From the NCBI GenBank assembly GCA_964590575.1, contig CAZPWM010000038.1, positions 1-26,635 of the forward strand: DNA of 26,635 bases, given 5' to 3'. Below, piece after piece: positions 10,179-18,028 of this stretch (positions are counted from its first letter, which is position 1; each line of letters opens with the position of its first letter). The stretch comes from an uncultured archaeon. GTDB taxonomy: Archaea; Asgardarchaeota; Thorarchaeia; Thorarchaeales; Thorarchaeaceae. The notes beneath the pieces were generated by a model that ran no database searches, had not been told where the DNA came from, and saw nothing but the letters and a program-made list of their open reading frames with translations. The position numbers and the translations under genes are program-made.

Positions 10179-10504
10179 GTTTCAATCAAAACTCCCAAGC
10201 ACATTTGATTCAGTCGGGATAGACACGCCGATTTACCTCTAATTTGATAGAATGAATGACCCCTTAAGGGTAGTGTGTAAATTGGTGGTTATCCATCCGT
10301 CCTTCACCTGTTTAAACTTGAAACATTGGATTCACCTTTTTAATCTGTCGCCAAAAGCCCATTTCTATAGCAAAAGATAGCTTTCGTGACAGTGTTACGT
10401 CGTAATGTTCAAATACGCCCCCACAGGGTTCTCAGTGAATGACTATTAACCACCTCTGATTTTGATGAAATCAGTAAAACAATAATACCTTGAAGGTGAA
10501 GAAC

Positions 10505-11584
10505 ATGTCCGCAGAAAGACACAAGCTTAGGCGCAAAGTAGAGCAGCTCAAGGCTCACAAAGGACGCCACAGTTCATTCACCACTATTTACATTCCACCT
10601 AGTAAGAACCTTACGGATGTCATCAGCTTTGTGAAGACAGAGCTTGCCGGCGCTGATAATATCAAGAGTAAAGCAAACCGTAAGAATGTATCAGACAATC
10701 TTACAGCTATACTTAGTGAACTCACCAAGATTAACGAGATTCCTGAGAATGGATTAGCTTTTTTCTATGGTGTCGAGGACGAAGGAGGCATAGGGAACAC
10801 GATCCGTGAGATTGTAATTCCACCGACACCAGTATCTCAGTTTATCTATCTATGTGGACGAGAGTTTGTTACTGAAGAACTTGAGAACATGACGAAACCC
10901 AAAAGCCTTGTTGTAATCGTTCTGATAGAAGGTGGGAAAGTTACAGTAGGATACCTCCGTGGAAAGCACATGGAGCTTGTTCGCGATGAAGATTTCTTCA
11001 TCATTGGAAAGACACGCGCTGGTGGTCAATCGGCAAAGCGATACATGCGACTTCGAGATGAGAAGATGATGGAGTTCTTCAAGTTTGTAGGCCGGATGCT
11101 TAACACACTCCTGCTTGAAGATATCGAGAATGTCGATGCAATTGTGTTGGGCGGAAACACAATTAGGGCTCAAGAATTCCTCGAGAAGGGTGATCTTGAC
11201 TATAGACTTCGAGAGAAAGTCGCAGAAACTATCATTCCTGTGAGTATCATCGACGAAACAGGTCTCTATCAAGCAATGAAGGAAGCCTCCAGGATACTTC
11301 GCGAAACCGAAATCTATGTAGAACGGCAGACTTGGGATCAGTTCATGGAGGACTTGATGAAAGGTCTAAACACTGTGACCTACGGCAAGAATGAGGTTAT
11401 GAATGCACTTCACGAAGGTCGAGTGGATACTATAATGGTGCTCGAAGATCTTTCTGACCAGATGGATGAACTCTATGATGAAGTAACCGCATATGGTAGT
11501 AATTTGCTAATCTTTTCAAACCAAACTGAATCTGGAGCACAGCTAAAAGGATTTGGTGGAATAGCTGCTCGACTCCGGTGGTGA
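10505..11584 (+). CDS. prf1: Peptide chain release factor aRF1/eRF1 family
   Basis: NIKS, YxCxxxF (YLCGREF), GGQS and C-terminal FGGIAARLRW motifs; GGTGA RBS before the ATG at 10505. Confidence 0.9.
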   Translation: MSAERHKLRRKVEQLKAHKGRHSSFTTIYIPPSKNLTDVISFVKTELAGADNIKSKANRKNVSDNLTAILSELTKINEIPENGLAFFYGVEDEGGIGNTIREIVIPPTPVSQFIYLCGREFVTEELENMTKPKSLVVIVLIEGGKVTVGYLRGKHMELVRDEDFFIIGKTRAGGQSAKRYMRLRDEKMMEFFKFVGRMLNTLLLEDIENVDAIVLGGNTIRAQEFLEKGDLDYRLREKVAETIIPVSIIDETGLYQAMKEASRILRETEIYVERQTWDQFMEDLMKGLNTVTYGKNEVMNALHEGRVDTIMVLEDLSDQMDELYDEVTAYGSNLLIFSNQTESGAQLKGFGGIAARLRW

Positions 11585-11599
11585 GGATTAACAGATTTG

Positions 11600-12016
11600 C
11601 TAACCTCTTGGTGGTCTAGGCAACCCCCTCAGAGTTTCTATATCCTCAATCCACTTTACAAGCTCATTGCTTATTTCATTGATATATTCCACGAGGGATT
11701 GCTGATACTTCCGCAGATGTTGCTGCTCTAGTTTTTTAGATTTTGCTAGGAAGTCCTTAGCTCTTTTTGGAAATCCGATTGCCCAACGTTGTAGACTGAG
11801 TTCAGCCTTTCTGTCCTCAAGTATTTTCTTCGCTACACTGATTGTACGTTTCTTAGTGATGAGGTCTTCAAGCAACTTTTGGAGCGTAATTGTAGCTGCT
11901 ACAAGCTCCTTTGCGTCTAGTTTTGTGTCTTGATTACGACTCGTATAGTAGACTCGTTTGAGGTCTCTCTTAGCAGTCATCACGTGCGTCAGGAGTCTAG
12001 TCAATGAATGAACCAT
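11600..12016 (-). CDS. Hypothetical basic alpha-helical protein
   Basis: 138-aa ORF that fills the gap; K/R/L-rich helical pattern with no recognised motif. Confidence 0.7.
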   Translation of the reverse strand: MVHSLTRLLTHVMTAKRDLKRVYYTSRNQDTKLDAKELVAATITLQKLLEDLITKKRTISVAKKILEDRKAELSLQRWAIGFPKRAKDFLAKSKKLEQQHLRKYQQSLVEYINEISNELVKWIEDIETLRGLPRPPRG

Positions 12017-12082
12017 GGCATCTTTCTGTAAAGTCTATAACGTAAAAAGGTCTGTGTTGCTGTATTCTCCGGTAATCTAACC

Positions 12083-12739
12083 TTAGACTACAGAAAAATT
12101 ACATCTGCTGTTATACGGACATACTCTACATTGGCTTTGCTCTTGGACTGGTCTTGGTTTTCGTCCTTCATACCACACTTCATCCAACCTATTGAGTATT
12201 TTGAGCAAGCTCATCGGTTTAAAGCTAGTAACGAATTTTTTACTATCACCGCAGTACCAACAATCTTTCATTGATTTACGATTAAGACATCTTCTTGCAT
12301 TGTTTTGCAGGCAATAGATTGTCACGAGCTTTGTTGACGAACATGATACCCCGCTCTCAAGAAGTGCAAGTGCATAAAGTCCTGACTGAAACTCATCTTC
12401 TTTTCTTGCTTGCTTTGGAAGTTGTTTCACAGGAAACTTATACTCAATGATAAGATCCAATATTGGTGCTTTTTCCCAATGAAGCACCGCACCATCAAAC
12501 CTCCCAACATATCTATGACCTAATGACCGCACATTCTCTTCAGAGAAGGAATAATACTGATTGAGTTTCCATCTATTGGGTTCCATTCTAATGAACTCTG
12601 CTAAACTCCCTGGCTCTGAGATTGCCTGCCTCATCTTCATTCCCACTGTAGTAAAACCAGTTCTTGGGTTCAATGCAAGAAGTATGACAATTCCAATAAT
12701 GACTATTAGTACCATTACCTGACTAGCTATGTCACTCAT
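12083..12739 (-). CDS. PD-(D/E)XK nuclease, Cas4/AddB-like catalytic part, with an N-terminal TM helix
   Basis: TM segment VMVLIVIIGIVILLAL; GRFDG...IIEYK; QSGLYA (QxxxY motif); C-terminal CRVCPYNSRC. Confidence 0.8.
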   Translation of the reverse strand: MSDIASQVMVLIVIIGIVILLALNPRTGFTTVGMKMRQAISEPGSLAEFIRMEPNRWKLNQYYSFSEENVRSLGHRYVGRFDGAVLHWEKAPILDLIIEYKFPVKQLPKQARKEDEFQSGLYALALLESGVSCSSTKLVTIYCLQNNARRCLNRKSMKDCWYCGDSKKFVTSFKPMSLLKILNRLDEVWYEGRKPRPVQEQSQCRVCPYNSRCNFSVV

Positions 12740-12743
12740 GTAA

Positions 12744-13013
12744 TCACCAGAAAATCCACAGGAATCCTACAATCAGTGTTACAACAATAACAAGTAAAGG
12801 CACGAGTTGGCTTCCTGAATTCTCAACCTGTCGGTTGTCCAACTTCATCAACACACGCCGGTGCAATTCTGTCCCAGTGACACTCGCAGGTGTATGAGAG
12901 TTACCAAGTTTGTGCTTCAGGTGTAGTCTATATTCACATTGATACTGTGTTCTAAGCTCCGAAACGTCTCGCATCTTGTAGTAGCGCCCTTTTTCTGCTT
13001 CATTCAGCCTCAT
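12744..13013 (-). CDS. Cas4-like N-terminal fragment with a C-terminal TM helix
   Basis: VSELRTQYQCEYRLHL...GTELH matches the Cas4 N-terminal 'S.l..y..C..r...G..lH' pattern; ends in LVPLLVIVVTLIVGFLWIFW. Confidence 0.7.
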   Translation of the reverse strand: MRLNEAEKGRYYKMRDVSELRTQYQCEYRLHLKHKLGNSHTPASVTGTELHRRVLMKLDNRQVENSGSQLVPLLVIVVTLIVGFLWIFW

Positions 13014-13142
13014 ATCAGGTCAGAGTATTGTTTCTAGCAATCCTACAAAAGGACCACCTATCAGACCTAACAGTAGAGATTCACTTATATTCGATGTTTG
13101 AGAAGTTACACCAACAGGATATCGCTACGGAGACCAATGCTG

Positions 13143-13565
13143 ATGTCAGACGAAACCTACGATGGTGCAACCGCCGGAAAAGTTTTAGTTTTTGATGCAA
13201 GTGAAACCGTTAAATTTCCAACTGCCTTCAAAAACGCTATGGGAACTGGTCAAGGACTAATGGTTTTGGTCCATAAAGACCGACTCATCAAGATTTTTCC
13301 TCTTGAGAGTGATGAGGTACTATTTCTCAGTCTTGAGATCGGAAAACTTACGAATGACTTCTTAACCAAACTATCCCAGATTTTCAAGAAAGCCGGTCTC
13401 GTTGATCTCTTATTCTCAACGGGAGTATGTCTCCGCGGAACAAGATGCTTCTACGAGTGTTACTTTAACCCTGGGCAACTAAGTTCGGACCTCTCAGAAC
13501 TTGAGGGTTCACTCAAGAGTCTGGATGGAGTTCAACGCGTAGTCGTTGAACCGGTATCAGTCTAA
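13143..13565 (+). CDS. Hypothetical protein, possibly with a C-terminal ACT-like fold
   Basis: Good ORF. The C-terminal LSQIFKKAGL...LKSLDGVQRVVVE pattern resembles ACT domains. Start could be 13137 or 13143. Confidence 0.65.
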   Translation: MSDETYDGATAGKVLVFDASETVKFPTAFKNAMGTGQGLMVLVHKDRLIKIFPLESDEVLFLSLEIGKLTNDFLTKLSQIFKKAGLVDLLFSTGVCLRGTRCFYECYFNPGQLSSDLSELEGSLKSLDGVQRVVVEPVSV

Positions 13566-13606
13566 GATAGAATCAAGGGGTTTCAAGTAGCATCGGTGCA
13601 TTTTCC

Positions 13607-14293
13607 ATGCAAGGTATTTTCGAATTAATTATAGAAATGATTAGTCAGGGGTATGTAGGTCTTTTCATCATCTGTTTTGCTATCAACATGATTCCATTCC
13701 TCAGCCCAAGTAACATGGTTCTTGCTGGAGCGGCAGTGTTGACATTCTCGATCTTGAGTCCAATTGGACTAACTGAGGCAATCCTCATTGGAATAATAGT
13801 TGCAATCACCGCAACTATGGCTAAATTAATTCATTTCTATATCGTTCGAGGATCTCGAGTAATTCTCTCTGAGGAGCGACTGCGGTCTTTAGATTCTGAA
13901 AAGCAACGTGTAGAGAAATGGGGTGCTCTAGCGCTGTTCATAGCTGCTGCGTCTCCAGTTCCAGATGATCCATTGATTGTCTATGTAGGTCTTACGAAGT
14001 ATAACCCCGTAAAATTCCTCATCAGTTATTTCACCGGAAAAGTGGTTGTGACAATTGCAGGAGCTATCATTGCTCTTTTTGGACTTACCCTGGGTGGAAG
14101 CTTTTTCGAGTCAATGCCCATTGTTGTAGCATCAATTGCTCTTACTGCTATCGTAACTGGAATTCTTTTCAAACGGAAGACTGAAGGAAAAGAATCTGAT
14201 ATGCTCCAAGATTTTCTTGAAGACGAGATGTTTGATGATGAAGATCCATTGGATATGAGTAATGATAGTAATTCCTCAGATACTGAGGATTAA
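13607..14293 (+). CDS. DedA/VTT (SNARE-associated) family membrane protein
   Basis: GLFIICFAINMIPF, KWGALALFIAAASPVPDD and FLISYFTGK motifs; acidic tail. Confidence 0.85.
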   Translation: MQGIFELIIEMISQGYVGLFIICFAINMIPFLSPSNMVLAGAAVLTFSILSPIGLTEAILIGIIVAITATMAKLIHFYIVRGSRVILSEERLRSLDSEKQRVEKWGALALFIAAASPVPDDPLIVYVGLTKYNPVKFLISYFTGKVVVTIAGAIIALFGLTLGGSFFESMPIVVASIALTAIVTGILFKRKTEGKESDMLQDFLEDEMFDDEDPLDMSNDSNSSDTED

Positions 14294-14345
14294 TTGTTTG
14301 TACGGAATTCTTAAGAGGACACCGAAGAACTGCATTGTAGCCTAG

Positions 14346-14750
14346 GTGACAATTTTGGTCGGTACAAGTTTAACAGAAGTGAAATGCTCAAAATGCAAAA
14401 CGGTCTACGAGACCGATGTAATAGATCATGTTGATTTGTCTGAAGACCGAGATTTGATAAAATCCCTAAAAACTGGTAAAGCAAATCGGGCTCAATGTCC
14501 AAAGTGCAAGAAAGTTATGTATTTGCAACGTAGTATTGTTGTAAATTTTGAACCTGAAAATAGAATTGTTGTCTTCGACCCAGATGCTCAAACGAGTAGT
14601 GCAAAAGAGAGTTTCTTAGAGGATTTTAATAGTATAATTTCATTCAACGAAACCCTAAGCGAAGTTGGCGAAGAAACCGATTTCATTGTCATTAGCAAAC
14701 TTGACAAATTCAAGTCAATGCTTGATGACTATCTGAAAGCCTACAAGTGA
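14346..14750 (+). CDS. CpXC-like zinc-ribbon protein
   Basis: CSKC and CPKC pairs separated by an 'L...L..G' helix, as in the CpXC domain. Confidence 0.7.
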   Translation: MTILVGTSLTEVKCSKCKTVYETDVIDHVDLSEDRDLIKSLKTGKANRAQCPKCKKVMYLQRSIVVNFEPENRIVVFDPDAQTSSAKESFLEDFNSIISFNETLSEVGEETDFIVISKLDKFKSMLDDYLKAYK

Positions 14751-14754
14751 TGTT

Positions 14755-15831
14755 CTAGGTTTTTCTTTTTCCCAGTAGGAATTCTTCAACCCATCTCTCT
14801 GCTCTGTACATAGTTGTTGGCGTTGGAGGCATTTTGAATCCATAAGCTGAGATTGATTCTAGAGACCCTCCAATACCTCTCTTCATTGCCAACTTTGTAC
14901 CCCTGATTGCGTCCATGAGAATTGGACCTGCATTAGGCCCATCAGTGACTTCCATCCGGATGTCAATCTTGATCGGAGCTCCACCAAACTGACGACCACC
15001 GATGTAAAAGAATGAGTCCCTTGCGTTCGACATGAAATCTACGAAATCACTTGACCCCGCAACCAATGGTGCATCATAAGGCAGGTCTTGACTAATAGCC
15101 TCACTCTTTACGCCCCTCTTCCTCATCCTTCCCCTATAATGAGAGTCCAAAGACTCCGCACCACCTCCAATATCGAGCTGGTAGCTTTGGTCCACTCTTA
15201 CACCTCTTGAAACAAGGAGTTGGAGAATACTGCGATGAAGTACAGTCGAACCTAGCTGGTCCTGAATATCATCTCCGACTAATGGGAGCCCTTTCTCATT
15301 GAATTTCCTACTCCACTCCAGGTCAGAAGCAATAGAGATTGGGGCACCATTGATAAAAGCACAACCAGCTTCTAGAGCTGCGTTTGCGTAATAGTTGGTC
15401 GCTTTTTCTGCTGAACCGGGAATTAAGTTAATGAGAATGTCGGCTCCAGAATCATTGAGAGCCCTAACGACATCGGCATCTTTGGTCGAAGAAACAGTGA
15501 CAAGTGCCTTGAGCATATCATCGACACCATCAAGCGTAGGACCCTTCATCACCTCAACACCAGTCTTTGGAACTTTTGCAAAAGCCATTACATTGTTGGG
15601 CTTGGCAAAGATAGCTTCTGAAAGATCAAAACCTACCTTGGTGTCAGCTACATCAAAAGCTGCTACAAATTGGATATCCCTCACATGAAATCCAGCAAAG
15701 TCAGGATGTCCAAGGCCAATGACCTCGGTGTTTGCTGTTGCATCCTTGTAAAACTCGACTCCCTGCACAAGTGCACTTGCACAATTGCCTACTCCGCATA
15801 CAGCGACTTTAATTCCATTCAAATGTGCCAC
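14755..15831 (-). CDS. ino1: myo-Inositol-1(3)-phosphate synthase
   Basis: GVGNCASALVQG, FVAAFDV, VGDDIQDQLGST..HR and DGPNAG..MDAIR motifs. Confidence 0.93.
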   Translation of the reverse strand: MAHLNGIKVAVCGVGNCASALVQGVEFYKDATANTEVIGLGHPDFAGFHVRDIQFVAAFDVADTKVGFDLSEAIFAKPNNVMAFAKVPKTGVEVMKGPTLDGVDDMLKALVTVSSTKDADVVRALNDSGADILINLIPGSAEKATNYYANAALEAGCAFINGAPISIASDLEWSRKFNEKGLPLVGDDIQDQLGSTVLHRSILQLLVSRGVRVDQSYQLDIGGGAESLDSHYRGRMRKRGVKSEAISQDLPYDAPLVAGSSDFVDFMSNARDSFFYIGGRQFGGAPIKIDIRMEVTDGPNAGPILMDAIRGTKLAMKRGIGGSLESISAYGFKMPPTPTTMYRAERWVEEFLLGKRKT

Positions 15832-15865
15832 CTCTTGCTCTAGTTCTTCGAAATCCGGCAGATTT

Positions 15866-15894
15866 CTTATAAGTTATTCTATGAGTATAGAATA
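15866..15894. promoter_or_regulatory. TATA-like CTTATAAG with an adjacent 8-bp inverted repeat (possible operator) upstream of ino1
   Basis: CTTATAAG at 15866-15873, followed by TATTCTAT-gagt-ATAGAATA at 15875-15894. Confidence 0.4.
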
Positions 15895-15947
15895 GTTAAG
15901 GTGATAGAACGTGGGGGAAGGACTTATGTTGGTATGTTGCATACAAT

Positions 15948-16196
15948 AGAGTGGACGATGGCTGATGTCTGTTGCTCCCGCATCATCGAAAAGTCGTGGG
16001 AATGATGCAACTGCGTTGAATCGGCGTATACGAATGTCCTCTGCAGGGAAATTCGTGCTCTCACCCCCGAGGGTTCAGAGACGTGTCCTGACAACGTATA
16101 TACTGGAGCACCACTCATGTTCAAAATAACAAAAAGAGGGTGGACCTCGAGCCCGCAAAATCGGGCACCAATTGGCGTCTGCTATCGTCCACCTCT
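15948..16196 (+). ncRNA. Putative structured non-coding RNA of unknown family (about 250 nt)
   Basis: The two ends pair over about 18 bp with three G-U wobbles on the + strand. There are several nested internal stems and no convincing ORF. Confidence 0.6.
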
Positions 16197-16387
16197 TCTT
16201 GTGCTACTTTGCTATTCTGGTTCGAAAATGGCAAGGGCATGAGTTTATAGGTACTTCAATCATCTTGAAAAACAGCAGTACCCTCAAAGATTAGTTGAAT
16301 CACAAGCTCCAGAGTTCCAGACACTGCTTTGCGATCCCTGAGGAAGATTCTACTTTTGAAGCCTGCAAATCTAGGACGTGAGATATC

Positions 16388-16798
16388 ATGGGATACCAAG
16401 AGAGAGAGCCCATTGAGGCTAAAATTTCAGAACTTACGCCAAGAATGAAGAGTGTGAACATTTCATTCAAGGTAGTCGACAAAGGCGAAGTCAGGGAAGT
16501 AACTTCCAGAGCTGACGGAGCACAACACCGAGTGTGTGACACAGTTGTTGGTGATAGCACTGGTATTGTGACAATCCCACTGTGGGATGCTGCAATAGAT
16601 GAAGTCGAGATTGAAAAGACATATCGTCTTGAGAATGGTTACACCACCCTCTTTCAAGGACATCTTCGACTTAATATCGGGCGTTATGGCACCTTGAAAG
16701 AAGCTGAAGACTCTATTGAAGAAGTCAATAAAGAAGTTGATTTGAGCGAACAAGAGCATGAAAGTCGACCAAGGTATGGTGGCCGCGGTCGCTATTAG
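16388..16798 (+). CDS. Single OB-fold single-stranded DNA-binding protein (SSB/RPA-like)
   Basis: KISELTP..KSVNI.FKVVDKGEVREV, VGDSTGIV..LWD and NGYTTLFQGHLRLNIGRYG motifs; Arg/Gly-rich tail. Confidence 0.92.
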   Translation: MGYQEREPIEAKISELTPRMKSVNISFKVVDKGEVREVTSRADGAQHRVCDTVVGDSTGIVTIPLWDAAIDEVEIEKTYRLENGYTTLFQGHLRLNIGRYGTLKEAEDSIEEVNKEVDLSEQEHESRPRYGGRGRY

Positions 16799-16823
16799 TT
16801 CTAGTTCAATATTATCTCATTAC

Positions 16824-16852
16824 GGCTGACGCAACGTTGAGTGGCGTCTGCC
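16824..16852. terminator. Hairpin between the convergent SSB and Fe-S oxidoreductase genes
   Basis: GGCtGACGC...GCGTCtGCC followed by a TCCTCTTTTT tract. Confidence 0.4.
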
Positions 16853-16864
16853 CAATCCTCTTTT

Positions 16865-18025
16865 TCATTTCAGCCTTTCTGCAAGCAAGTCCACCACATC
16901 GACGATACGAATCGAGCTATCAATGAGTGCAGCGCCTGCGATGAGATTATTCTCACAAAATGGACATGCGGTTGCGATTATTTCAGCATCAATGTCTATT
17001 GCACTCTTCACTCTATCTGCAGCCATCTTCTTCGATAGCTCCGCATCATATGAACGAAGACCGCCTCCTGCACCACAGCACATTGCAGTTTCTCTTGTAG
17101 TTTCCATTTCTACGAGATCAACGCCAGGAATCGCCTTGAGTACTTCTCTAGGACTTTCGTAGACCCCTGCTGTTCTTGAGAGATGACATGGGTCATGGTA
17201 TGTTACCCTCGCTCCTTTTTCCAAAGACGTCACTTCGAGTTTATTCTCTTTGATTATTTCCTGTAATAGCTCTGTCACATGCAAAATCTCAGGGAGTTCA
17301 ATACCAAGCTTTGGAAAGTCTAATCTAAGAGTCTTCAAACATCCTGCACAGGTCACGAGAATCTTCTTGGCTCCTGAATTCTTTATGACTTCTGCAAGCT
17401 TCTCTGCATTCTTCTTTGCATCTTCTACTCTTCCTGTTCTAAGCATGACACTACCACAGCAAGGCTCTTCCGCAAGCACTGCAAAATCAATACCCGCTGC
17501 CTTGAGAATTTTCGCTGTGGATTTGGCTATATTAGGTAATCTTATTCCCGCTGTGCAACCGGTGTAATAGAGCAGGTCTCCAGTTGATGGGACTTCGAAA
17601 CCGACTTCTTTGACCCAGTCACGTTTAATTTGGTTGTTTTCCTCATACGGGTTGTCATATTGCATGATCTTTTCAGCTATCGTATCGCGAACATCATTGG
17701 GAATATCACTTAGGACCGCTCTCACCTTCTCAAGGCATTCGGTAGGGTCAAACTCAGCCGCACAGATCTCAGTACAATTCCCACAGAGAGTGCAGGTAAA
17801 AAGTGCTTCAGCGTTCTCAGGTGTTTTTTCAAGAGTTCCATCAAGTAGAGCTAGTGCCACCTGAATTCTACCCCGCATGAAACTGGTTTCAAAACCGGAT
17901 GAATTACGCCAGACTGGACAGACTCCATCAAATCCTCTGTCCTCAAATACCGCATTACGACAGATACCACATCTGCGACATTGCAACAAGTTCTCAATGA
18001 GTTCATCAAGGTCTATCTCTGACAT
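16865..18025 (-). CDS. Fe-S oxidoreductase, GlcF/HdrD-like (two 4Fe-4S motifs and two CCG domains)
   Basis: CRRCGIC...VCP, CTLCGNCTEIC, YYTGC, CCG, YHDPCHL, CCGAGGG and TACPFC motifs. Confidence 0.92.
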   Translation of the reverse strand: MSEIDLDELIENLLQCRRCGICRNAVFEDRGFDGVCPVWRNSSGFETSFMRGRIQVALALLDGTLEKTPENAEALFTCTLCGNCTEICAAEFDPTECLEKVRAVLSDIPNDVRDTIAEKIMQYDNPYEENNQIKRDWVKEVGFEVPSTGDLLYYTGCTAGIRLPNIAKSTAKILKAAGIDFAVLAEEPCCGSVMLRTGRVEDAKKNAEKLAEVIKNSGAKKILVTCAGCLKTLRLDFPKLGIELPEILHVTELLQEIIKENKLEVTSLEKGARVTYHDPCHLSRTAGVYESPREVLKAIPGVDLVEMETTRETAMCCGAGGGLRSYDAELSKKMAADRVKSAIDIDAEIIATACPFCENNLIAGAALIDSSIRIVDVVDLLAERLK

Positions 18026-18028
18026 ATA

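Noticed and set aside
12740-12746. Selenocysteine or UGA readthrough joining the two Cas4-like ORFs
   Set aside because: The downstream ORF is in a different frame, and readthrough meets another TGA three codons later.
12083-13013. CRISPR-Cas locus
   Set aside because: No repeat-spacer array or other cas genes are in the window; only a solo Cas4-like nuclease is present.
15924-16124. 66-aa minus-strand ORF
   Set aside because: It has no recognisable motif and overlaps the structured element, whose G-U pairs favour the + strand.
15948-16196. SRP RNA or tRNA
   Set aside because: No helix-8 CAGG..GNRA..AGCA motif and no cloverleaf with a T-loop could be found by eye.
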